Source of the DNA: an uncultured delta proteobacterium | GTDB taxonomy: Bacteria > Desulfobacterota > Desulfobaccia > Desulfobaccales > 0-14-0-80-60-11 | Length of the DNA stretch: 64,000 bases | Assembly (NCBI GenBank): GCA_963701845.1 | Contig: CAVPBF010000004.1 | Span: forward strand, 1,233,933 to 1,297,932 | Reading direction: 5' to 3' | Shown: piece after piece, positions 27,787 to 35,374 of the stretch | Position numbering within the stretch: the first letter of the stretch is position 1 | Layout of the letters: the number at the start of each line of letters is the position of its first letter | Position numbers and translations under genes: made by a program | Notes under the pieces: generated by a model | Told to the model about the DNA's origin: nothing | The model's input: only the letters and a program-made list of their open reading frames with translations | The model's database searches: none

Positions 27787-27974
27787 GGCCTGCGGAAGCC
27801 TGCTGGCTTGGAGGCGCAGGAATCCGCGGTCTGTTTCGCCCCACTGCTTGATCACCGGCTGTCTTAAGGGGGTGCAGGGGCCTGCTGCGATGGGCCCTTA
27901 ACCACCAGTGCCGGCTTCCTGCCTGGCCATCCCCGGAAAAAATGGTGTGAAGCGAGAATTTGTCGAACCGGACC

Positions 27975-27998
27975 TTGACATTTCAGTAATAATTATTA
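27975..27998 (+). promoter_or_regulatory. Promoter with overlapping PerR/Fur-type palindromic box
   Basis: ttgaca at 27975-80. A perfect 12-bp palindrome TAATAATTATTA at 27987-98 resembles the Per box core TTATAATNATTATAA. Confidence 0.45.
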
Positions 27999-28013
27999 AC
28001 TGGTAACTAGCCT

Positions 28014-28439
28014 ATGGAAGACCTGGTCCAAAAACTGCGAGCCCTCGGCATTGCCGTGACTCCTCAACGTCTGGCGATTCTGGCCAGTCTGCAGGACCGC
28101 CATGACCATCCCAGTGCCGAGAAGATTTACCGGGAGGTGCGCCGGCAGCTTCCCGCCATCTCGTTCAACACCGTTTATAAGACCCTGGAAGTCCTTTACC
28201 TGAAGGGTCTGATCATCAAGGTGAACCCACTCCACGAGGTGGCCCATTATGACGCCGAAACGCCCTGGCACGCCCACCTGGTCTGCCGGCGCTGCCGCAC
28301 CATCGTCAACCTGTATCGGCAGTCGGCGGCCCCACCGGCTTTTGCCTCGGAAGAGCTGCAAGGTTTCCGGGTGGAACATCAGTCCATCTGCTGCTGGGGG
28401 CTTTGTCCCCGCTGTCAGCAACCGGAATCCGGCGCGTAA
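28014..28439 (+). CDS. Fur-family regulator, PerR-like
   Basis: ...VTPQRLAILASLQDRHDHPSAEKIYREV...HAHLVCRRCRTIV...CPRC. It heads a peroxide-stress operon. Confidence 0.8.
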   Translation: MEDLVQKLRALGIAVTPQRLAILASLQDRHDHPSAEKIYREVRRQLPAISFNTVYKTLEVLYLKGLIIKVNPLHEVAHYDAETPWHAHLVCRRCRTIVNLYRQSAAPPAFASEELQGFRVEHQSICCWGLCPRCQQPESGA

Positions 28440-28523
28440 GCTGCGGCCACCGCTCAAAATCAGGTCTGCCAGAGAGGCCAGGCTTCTAAACACGCTTGCA
28501 TCTAAAGAATACTGCGGAGGAAG

Positions 28524-29024
28524 ATGACCATGGAAAAGAGCATGCAGAATCTGAAGGCGGCCTTTGCCGGGGAATCCCAGGCCAATCGGAAATATCTGGC
28601 CTTTGCCGAAAAGGCCGAGCAAGACGGCTATCCCCAGGTGGCCCGGCTGTTCCGGGCCGCGGCGGCAGCGGAAACCGTCCATGCCCATAACCACCTCAGG
28701 GCCTTAAAGGCCATCAATGCGACGGCGGATAACCTCAAGGAGGCCATTGCCGGAGAGACCGCCGAGTTTCGGGAGATGTACCCGGGGATGATCGCCGCCG
28801 CCCAGGCGGAGGGCCATCAAGAGGCCCTGCGGAGTTTCGAGTTCGCCAATGAAGTGGAGAAGACGCACGCCCAGCTCTTTCAGCAGGCCCTGGCCAACCT
28901 GGGGAAGAAGGAGATGGTCGATATCTTCGTCTGCAGCATCTGCGGCCATACCGTGGAGGGAGAGCCGCCTGACCAGTGCCCGGTGTGCAAGGCGCTGAAG
29001 AAATTTTTTAAGAAAATTGATTAG
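28524..29024 (+). CDS. rbr: Rubrerythrin
   Basis: NLKAAFAGESQANRKYLAFAEKAE...AETVHAHNHL...EKTHA diiron four-helix motifs plus a C-terminal rubredoxin CSICGH...CPVC. Confidence 0.9.
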   Translation: MTMEKSMQNLKAAFAGESQANRKYLAFAEKAEQDGYPQVARLFRAAAAAETVHAHNHLRALKAINATADNLKEAIAGETAEFREMYPGMIAAAQAEGHQEALRSFEFANEVEKTHAQLFQQALANLGKKEMVDIFVCSICGHTVEGEPPDQCPVCKALKKFFKKID

Positions 29025-29069
29025 TCGGCTGGTGCAAGACCATGGATCATACCGAGAGGAGGATAAGCT

Positions 29070-29780
29070 ATGAATGAGCAAGCAGGCAGTGGCTGTGTAG
29101 AACCTGCCAAAGGCCCCTTGACCGGCGCCACAGAGGCGGCCCCGGCTTCTGGAGCCATCTCCCCCCAATCCGTCCTCAGGGCCCGGGTGGGCCAGCCGGC
29201 GCCGGACTTCGAGGCTTCGGCCTTCGTGGACGGCGGCTTCAAAAATATCAAGCTCTCGGACTACCTCGGCAAATGGGTGGTCCTGTGCTTTTACCCCGGT
29301 GATTTCACCTTTGTCTGACCCACCGAATTGACGGCAGTTGCCGTCAAGTACCCGGAACTGCAGAAGATGGGCGTTGAGATCCTCTCCGTCAGCACTGACA
29401 GCCGCTTTACCCACAAGATCTGGCAGGCAGAGGAACTGGCCAAAATGGTGCCCAAGGGTTTGCCCTACCCCATGCTCTCCGATCCCGGCGGCGCCATCGG
29501 CGAGGTGTACGGCGTCTATGACAAGGCTGCGGGCGTGGATTTTCGTGGCCGCTTCCTCATTGACCCTGACGGAGTCCTCCAGGCCATGGAGATATTAACG
29601 CCGCCGGTGGGACGCCATGTGGCGGAACTCATGCGGCAGATCAAGGCGTTCCAACATGTCCGGGAGACGGGGGAGGTGGCTCCCTCGGGTTGGAAACCCG
29701 GCAAGCCGACCCTGAAGCCTGGACCTGATCTGGTGGGCATGGTCTGGCAATGTTGGAAGCCGGAGATGGCGGAGGACTAA
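29070..29780 (+). CDS. prxU: Selenocysteine-containing peroxiredoxin (AhpC/Prx family, PrxU-like); TGA at 29316-29318 read as Sec
   Basis: [16 protein letters not shown]-[TGA]-PTELTAVA: the TGA replaces the peroxidatic Cys of the universal FTFVCPTE motif. ORFs 29070..29318 and 29328..29780 are in frame. The downstream region is Prx-like through [11 protein letters not shown]. Confidence 0.85.
29328..29347 (+). promoter_or_regulatory. SECIS-like hairpin
   Basis: ttgacggc-AGTT-gccgtcaa is a perfect 8-bp stem that starts 9 nt after the UGA. The apical loop has G and U at +22/+23 from the U of the UGA (E. coli fdhF uses G23/U24). Confidence 0.65.
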
Positions 29781-29863
29781 GCGCAAGGGTAAGCATTCTG
29801 GGCCGCCCATGCGCCCAACGGGGCACAGCATGCTGTGCCCCCACAACTTAAGAGGATTCGACT

Positions 29864-30391
29864 ATGGAATTGAAGCTGTTCCGCTGCCGGATTTGCGGCG
29901 ATCCCTATTTGGGCAGCGAGGCCCCCAGTTTCTGTCCCTTCTGCGGCGCGCCCCAGAGATACATGGCGCCGGCGGCGGAATACGTGGACTTGAACGACGT
30001 CCCCAATCTCAGCGCCCGCTCCCGGGCCAACCTGGAAAAGGCCCTGGACCTGGAGGTCAGGAACGCCGCCTTTTATATGTGCGCCTCCAATTGTGCGCCG
30101 GCCCCCTTGGACAAGGCCATGTTCAAGGCCTTGTGGCGGACGGAGTCGGAGCACGCCTCCGTGATCTGCAAACTCCTCAAGGTGCCCAAGCCGGAGATCA
30201 AGCCGGATGAGCAGGCCTGCCTGAAGGACCCCAGGGCCAACTTCGCCGCGGCCCACGGCCGGGAGGAGCGGGCGGTGGCCTTCTACGCCCAGTCGGCCGC
30301 CGAGGCCGTGGAGGACCGGGTCAAAGAGGTCTTCGCAGCCCTGACGGAAGTGGAGGGCTATCATATCGCCCTGTCGGAGGCGAATAAGTAG
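29864..30391 (+). CDS. Rubrerythrin/ferritin-like protein with N-terminal rubredoxin-like zinc ribbon
   Basis: CRICGDPY...CPFCGAP followed by ferritin-like helices (LEKALDLEVRNAAFY...ESEHA...EVEGYH). Confidence 0.7.
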   Translation: MELKLFRCRICGDPYLGSEAPSFCPFCGAPQRYMAPAAEYVDLNDVPNLSARSRANLEKALDLEVRNAAFYMCASNCAPAPLDKAMFKALWRTESEHASVICKLLKVPKPEIKPDEQACLKDPRANFAAAHGREERAVAFYAQSAAEAVEDRVKEVFAALTEVEGYHIALSEANK

Positions 30392-30419
30392 GAAGCTGGA
30401 GAATCCAGCTAAACACTTA

Positions 30420-30449
30420 GGGGCGGCCTGCGAACCGCCCTTTTTTTTT
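30420..30449 (+). terminator. REP-like hairpin acting as intrinsic terminator
   Basis: ggggcgg-cctgcgaa-ccgccc followed by ttttttttt. Confidence 0.6.
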
Positions 30450-30501
30450 GGTAGCTCATTTGGCAAAATTGGCATTTTTTTCAAAATAATAATTAATAGC
30501 C

Positions 30502-30529
30502 TTGACAAACTTTAAAATATACTTACATT
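30502..30529 (+). promoter_or_regulatory. Sigma70-like promoter of the tandem riboswitch leader
   Basis: ttgaca (30502-07), 16-nt spacer, tacatt. Confidence 0.4.
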
Positions 30530-30537
30530 AAATTCGC

Positions 30538-30632
30538 GGAAAGCAAGCTAAACCGTCGGAAAGGCGGAGATTGAAAGATAGGGGTCTCAAGGAAGAGGCC
30601 GGGTTGCCTGGGAAGGGCGGCCCGGTTTTTTT
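30538..30632 (+). promoter_or_regulatory. Divergent GEMM-I-like riboswitch with terminator (copy 2)
   Basis: aaGCTAAAc-cgtc-ggaaa-ggcgg-AGATTGAAAGATAGGGGTC...gaGGCCGGGTTGCC, then ggcggcccgg and ttttttt. The core deviates (GATTGAAAGAT instead of GACGGAAAGCC). Confidence 0.5.
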
Positions 30633-30802
30633 ATGGTTTTCGGGCCTTCAACCGAAGCGGCCTAAAACCCCCATGGTGAGCGGGCAGGAAGCGCCTTGGG
30701 AATCGCCAGGAGCCCTGAAGTTAGCGCCAAGGTAATTCATGAGGGCTGAAAACCAAAGAAGGGGGCGCATCCCCGTATAAATAATCGGCAATATGAAACT
30801 TT

Positions 30803-30918
30803 AGAAAAAGCCAAACTCGCCGAGAGGTGGGGACGGAAAGCCACGGGTCTCACGTAGACAGCCGGGTTGCCTTAATGGATCAGGTTATGGATCAGGTTAG
30901 GGCGAGCCGGTTTTTTTT
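30803..30918 (+). promoter_or_regulatory. c-di-GMP-I (GEMM-I) riboswitch-like element with terminator (copy 3)
   Basis: aaaGCCAAAc-tcgcc-GAGA-ggtgg-GGACGGAAAGCCACGGGTC..acAGCCGGGTTGCC. The terminator 3' strand is ggcgagccgg followed by tttttttt. The loop carries a 12-bp tandem duplication, atggatcaggtt x2 (30875-30898). Confidence 0.75.
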
Positions 30919-31144
30919 ATCTGTAGTTTTTTTTAAGCCCCTCAAAGGAGCAAAATCCAGCTAACCAAGGAGGTGTGGTCAAAGACGTTTCCGTTTAAGG
31001 AGAAAGCCGCGGTCTGGGCTGTCGGATGGAATGGGGGGAGCCGATCACCAAATTGGTTGCATATTCGGGGAATACCAGCATCTTCAAGGCCGTAGGAAGA
31101 GGGAAGAGACCAGGATGACCCGGTCTTGTGAAGAGGGGACAGAG

Positions 31145-31839
31145 ATGAAAAATAAATTTCTAATCCTAACCAGTCTGTTGGCCCTGGCCCTATGGGTGGC
31201 CCCGGCATCGGCTTATACAGACTCTTACGGATCCACGGTGAACTTCAGCATCACCGCCGGAGGCCAGTTACAAGTTGTGCTCACCAGTGGTCGCGCCGCC
31301 TCGCATCCAGGTGATGTGCTGACCGCGCTGTTCTTTACCAGCTCTGACGTATTCACCCCAGTTAGCGCCGACCTCACTGGGGGAAGCACCGTAATAATCG
31401 GGACCAAACCAGCTACCACTCTCCAAGGGGCCAACGTGGGTGGCGAATGGGAGTACCTCAATGTCGCAACCGGTCTGGGTAACCAAGGGATCAGCTCCTC
31501 CGGGCTGGGTTTCTTCGGGAATCCCAATTTTAATGGGAATAATCTGCAAGGCCCGGCGGCGGTGGATGGCGGACAATTCGGTATCGTTAATGGAGAGTCC
31601 AACCCGAATGGTGGGCTCCAACATGATTCCGAAGTCAGCAACTCGGTGACTTTCCTATTGAATGTACCGACAGGTTTCAAGCTTACCGACATAACCGATC
31701 CGCGCCTCTGGTACGGCACCGATGAGGTGCCGTGTGCGCCACCGTCGTCGGTCCCCATCCCGCCCAGCGTGCTGTTGCTAGGCTCCGGCCTGCTGGGTCT
31801 AGTGGGCTTGGGCTGGCGGAGAAAGAAAGGCGACTCTAA
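31145..31839 (+). CDS. PEP-CTERM sorting-domain secreted protein (3' boundary uncertain; the ORF as assembled runs on to 32371)
   Basis: Signal peptide MKNKFLILTSLLALALWVAPASA. The PEP-CTERM motif VPIPPSVLLLGSGLLGLVGLGWRRKK ends at 31828. Confidence 0.7.
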
Positions 31840-32550
31840 AGCCAAACCTCGAGAAGTTCCTGACAGTAAACCTCCCGCGTTTCAGCGCGGGGGATTTGCT
31901 TATCCCCAGGATGGTAGAGCCGGGATTATGCGGCCTCGCCGTAGTGATGATAAAGTTTTGGTTGGAAGATTAGACGGTATTAATCGTCTCCGTGTCACTT
32001 CATCTGGTAATTTCCGCCCCTGGAGGGAAAGTCTAGGAAAGAGAATTATGCGGCGACTTAAATGGAGTAAAAATAAAGCTGGGTCGCTAAATGGAAAAGT
32101 CAGGCATATTACCTTATTCTGCATTGCCTACCATCCAGAGCGAGGGTACTTTTTATCCTCAAAATTACCTGGGCTAAATAAGACTATCCCGGTCAACTCT
32201 GAAGAAGCAGGCCAAAGGAAGGCAGAGGCGCTATACCGCAGGTATTTTGACTTTTTGGGGGGAGCGGAATGGTATCAAGAACCCGACTACCCAGAGCGCC
32301 TGACTCGCCGAGCGGATCCTTCGGGAATGGCTCTGCTTCGTTCTAAACCAATCCCTCCCCGCAGTGGCTAGTCGGTGGCAGGGCGGCGGCCAATCTACCT
32401 TGAACCGGGTGATGGTAAAGGAGTTATGCAAAAATAACGACTGTCTGGCCAAACCTGCAACTTCTCAAAAATCCCACCTAATTTAACAATATGATCTGAA
32501 TAACGCCAGGCGCTTTGTTCTGTGGGGGGGATGCCGGTCCTGCCTGCCTC

Positions 32551-33315
32551 CTACTCCCCTGCCCTCTCCTCCTCTCCAGTTAGCTCCGGTAGCGTCTCCA
32601 GAGCCTCTTTCGCCGCCAGCTGTTCGGCCTGTTTTTTGGTGCGGCCCTGGCCCCGGGCCAGGGGGCGCTCCCCCAGGCGGACCTCCACTTCGAAGACCCG
32701 GGCATGGCTGGGGCCGCTTTCCGAGAGCAGGTTGTAGGTGGGCGAGCCCTGGTGGCGGGCCTGGGTCAGCTCCTGCAACCTGGTCTTAAAGTCCTGCCAG
32801 GGCGACTCGTCCAGGTCGGCCAGCAGCGGCGTAAACCAGCGCCGGGTCAGGGCGTCCGCGGCCTGGAGGCCGCCATCGAGAAAGACCGCGGCCATCACCG
32901 CCTCCAGGGCGTCGGCCAGGAGGGAGGGCTTCTCCCGCCCGGCCTGCGTCTCCTCGCCCCGGCCCAGCAGGAGGTAGGACCCCAGGTCCAGTTCCCGGGC
33001 CAGGACCGCCAGGCGTCGGGCATTCACCAGGGCCGCCCGGCCCCGGGACAGCTCCCCTTCGGAACTTTCGGGAAAGTTAAGCAGCAGCAGACTGCTCACC
33101 GTCAGGGCCAGGACCGCGTCCCCCAGAAACTCCATCTGCTCGTTGCTGGGGCCGGCCTCCGGGTTTTCATGGGCAAAGGAGCTGTGGCGCAGGGCCTGAT
33201 CCAGCCCTGCCAGGTCCTTGAACCGGTGGCCCAACCTCCCGGCCAGCACCATCAGTTCCCGCTGGCGTCCGGGCGACAAAGGGGCCTGACGATCAACTGG
33301 GGCTTTCTCCGGCAT
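32551..33315 (-). CDS. rnc: Ribonuclease III
   Basis: ...EQMEFLGDAVLALTVS... (RNase III signature), ...LADALEAVMAAVFLDGG..., C-terminal dsRBD ...GPSHARVFEVEV..G..LARGQGRTKKQAEQLAA. Confidence 0.9.
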   Translation of the reverse strand: MPEKAPVDRQAPLSPGRQRELMVLAGRLGHRFKDLAGLDQALRHSSFAHENPEAGPSNEQMEFLGDAVLALTVSSLLLLNFPESSEGELSRGRAALVNARRLAVLARELDLGSYLLLGRGEETQAGREKPSLLADALEAVMAAVFLDGGLQAADALTRRWFTPLLADLDESPWQDFKTRLQELTQARHQGSPTYNLLSESGPSHARVFEVEVRLGERPLARGQGRTKKQAEQLAAKEALETLPELTGEEERAGE

Positions 33316-33656
33316 CGTTCCTGCTCCTCTTGGACGACTTTGCCGCGGGCCAGGCCGCCCCCACTTCTACGGAGGAAGATCCGGGGCTGCTCCAGCCGGC
33401 TGCCTGAAAATAAATACCTCAATTGGGCGGTCAAAGGAAGCCGGGGTGTGAAAAAATCCTCAGCCGCCACCGGCGGCCCGGACCTTCATTGCCCGGGCGT
33501 TTAAGCAAAATAAGGGAATACGACCGGCGAAATCAGGGAAATCCTTATTGTCAGGGACCGGAATTATTTATACCTTGCTGCTACATGAAATTAAATCCCC
33601 TCTTTATGGGGTCATTTAGCCCTAATCACAGGTTGTTCGCCGGGAAAGGAGGCAAC

Positions 33657-34433
33657 ATGGAGGCCATCATCCGGGTAATGGAGTCCACCATCGCAGCCAG
33701 GGACCCCTATACCGTTGATCATCAACAGCGGGCCACGCACATTGCCATCGCCATTGCGGAGCGCATGGGGCTTTCTGAGGAGCGGATCGAGGAAATCCAT
33801 GTCGCCGGTTGCCTCCACGATCTGGGGAAGATTGCGGTGCCGACGGAGATCCTCTCCAAACCCGGAAAATTGACGGACCTGGAATTCGCCATCATCAAGA
33901 CCCACCCGCAGGTGGCCTTCAATATCCTGAAACCTCTGGAAATTCCCGGCCAAATCACCCAGATCATCATGCAGCACCACGAAAGATTGAACGGCTCCGG
34001 CTATCCTTATGGCCTCGATGACCGGGAGATTCTCCTGGAAGCCAAGATCTTGGGGGTGGCGGATGTGATTGAGGCCATGTGTTCCCACCGGCCCTACCGT
34101 CCGGCCCTGGGCATCGACAAGGCCCTGGAGGAGATCGAACGGAAGAAGGGTATCCTCTACGATCCTGAAGTGGTGGAAAGTTGCCTGCAGCTTTATCAGG
34201 AGATGCCGACGGCCCTGATGGGAGAGGTCAGCCATATTAGACGGCAACCTGCGGCCCACCTGGATGCCCTGCCCCAGAAGCAAACCAAGGCCGCACCGGC
34301 TGCACTGCTGAAAGGGAAAATGAGGCCTTGGCATTTTAAGCACCTGGTGGACGACCATCCCCACTTCTTCTTGCACGTGTTGGCCGCCACGACCATCGGT
34401 GGGAGCCTCTTCTACATGGCCCGGCATATCTAG
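33657..34433 (+). CDS. HD-GYP domain protein (c-di-GMP phosphodiesterase family)
   Basis: ...HVAGCLHDLGKIAVP...QHHERLNGSGYPYGL...ADVIEAM. ATG at 33657 is preceded by ggaaaggagg. Confidence 0.85.
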   Translation: MEAIIRVMESTIAARDPYTVDHQQRATHIAIAIAERMGLSEERIEEIHVAGCLHDLGKIAVPTEILSKPGKLTDLEFAIIKTHPQVAFNILKPLEIPGQITQIIMQHHERLNGSGYPYGLDDREILLEAKILGVADVIEAMCSHRPYRPALGIDKALEEIERKKGILYDPEVVESCLQLYQEMPTALMGEVSHIRRQPAAHLDALPQKQTKAAPAALLKGKMRPWHFKHLVDDHPHFFLHVLAATTIGGSLFYMARHI

Positions 34434-34571
34434 CTCCGCGGCAGCGAGCTGCCGGCCCGGAAGCGGCGCCAGACGGCGCCGTTTCTTTTTGGCGGCTCTA
34501 AACTCCCCTTGACTTTTCCCGGATGGCCGGTTATTATCGAGATTAATTCTCAATTACAGCATGGCCACGCG

Positions 34572-35024
34572 GTGAAATCAGAACTCCAGATATTTCAGGA
34601 ATATATCCGGCTGCGGGGGCGGCGGCGCACCCCGGAGCGCGAGGAGATTCTGCGGGAAATCTTCGCCTGGCACGGCCATTTTGATGTGGACGGGCTTTAT
34701 CTGCTGCTCAAGGGCAAAGGCTCCAAGGTCTCCAAGGCCTCCATCTACCGGTCTCTGCCCCTGTTCATGGATTGCGGCCTGATCCGCGAGGTGGATTTCC
34801 GCGACGGCCACTGGCACTACGAGCATATTTACGGCCACGACCACCATAATCATCTCCGTTGCCTGGGCTGCGGCGAAATCCAGGAGTTTGAGGAACCGAG
34901 CTTAAAAATCTTGGAAGAGCAGTTGGCCCAGAGGTATAACTATCAAATCAAAGGCCACCAGTTGCAGGTGCACGGTTACTGCGCCGCCTGCCGGCCAAAG
35001 GATAGAGGAAGTCAAGGTGTTTAG
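34572..35024 (+). CDS. fur: Fur-family metal-uptake regulator (start uncertain)
   Basis: ...RRTPEREEILREIF...HFDVDGLY...ASIYRSLPLF...HDHHNHLRCLGCGEI...HGYCAAC. The upstream part of the track ORF overlaps a ttgact-17-tattat promoter, so I use the GTG at 34572. Confidence 0.75.
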   Translation: MKSELQIFQEYIRLRGRRRTPEREEILREIFAWHGHFDVDGLYLLLKGKGSKVSKASIYRSLPLFMDCGLIREVDFRDGHWHYEHIYGHDHHNHLRCLGCGEIQEFEEPSLKILEEQLAQRYNYQIKGHQLQVHGYCAACRPKDRGSQGV

Positions 35025-35289
35025 AAGGTTTCAGAAGGCGGCCCCGGAAGGACCGGAAGCCGTAGACTATTCTCTGGCCCTGGCCCCGCCCGGACAAAGG
35101 GTGCGCATCACCGGCTACCGGGGCGGCCGCATGCTGCGGGCCCGGCTGCTGGCCCTGGGCCTCAATCTGGGCCAGGTCGTGGAAATTTTGCAGAATAACC
35201 GCGGCCTGATCATTGTCGGCATCAATGGCGGCCGGGTGGCCCTGGGCCGGGGCATCAGCCAGAAAATCCTGGCCGAACCGGAAGCTTAG
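35017..35289 (+). CDS. feoA: FeoA-family protein
   Basis: ...GQRVRITGYRGGRMLRARLLALGLNLGQVVEILQNN.GLIIVGINGGRVALGRGISQKI. No feoB follows. Confidence 0.7.
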   Translation: MFRRFQKAAPEGPEAVDYSLALAPPGQRVRITGYRGGRMLRARLLALGLNLGQVVEILQNNRGLIIVGINGGRVALGRGISQKILAEPEA

Positions 35290-35374
35290 GCGAATTTTTT
35301 TTTTACGAAGGGCGCCTAAGGCGGCGCCGCTGAGCTTGCACTCGCCGGTTTCAATTAATCTTATCCCCCAACCC

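Noticed and set aside
31031-31144. Upstream start (31031) of the PEP-CTERM ORF given in the ORF track.
   Set aside because: The first 38 codons lack a signal peptide and overlap the riboswitch/leader region. MKNKFLILTSLLALALWVAPASA at 31145 is a textbook signal peptide.
34533-34555. Fur box overlapping the fur promoter (attatcgagattaattctcaatt).
   Set aside because: The best manual alignment to GATAATGATAATCATTATC gives only about 11/19 matches. It is AT-rich promoter DNA and could match by chance.
35017-35289. A fur-feoA pair as evidence of a ferrous-iron uptake locus.
   Set aside because: No feoB follows; recD2 starts 86 nt later. FeoA-like SH3 domains occur alone, so no transporter claim is justified from this window.
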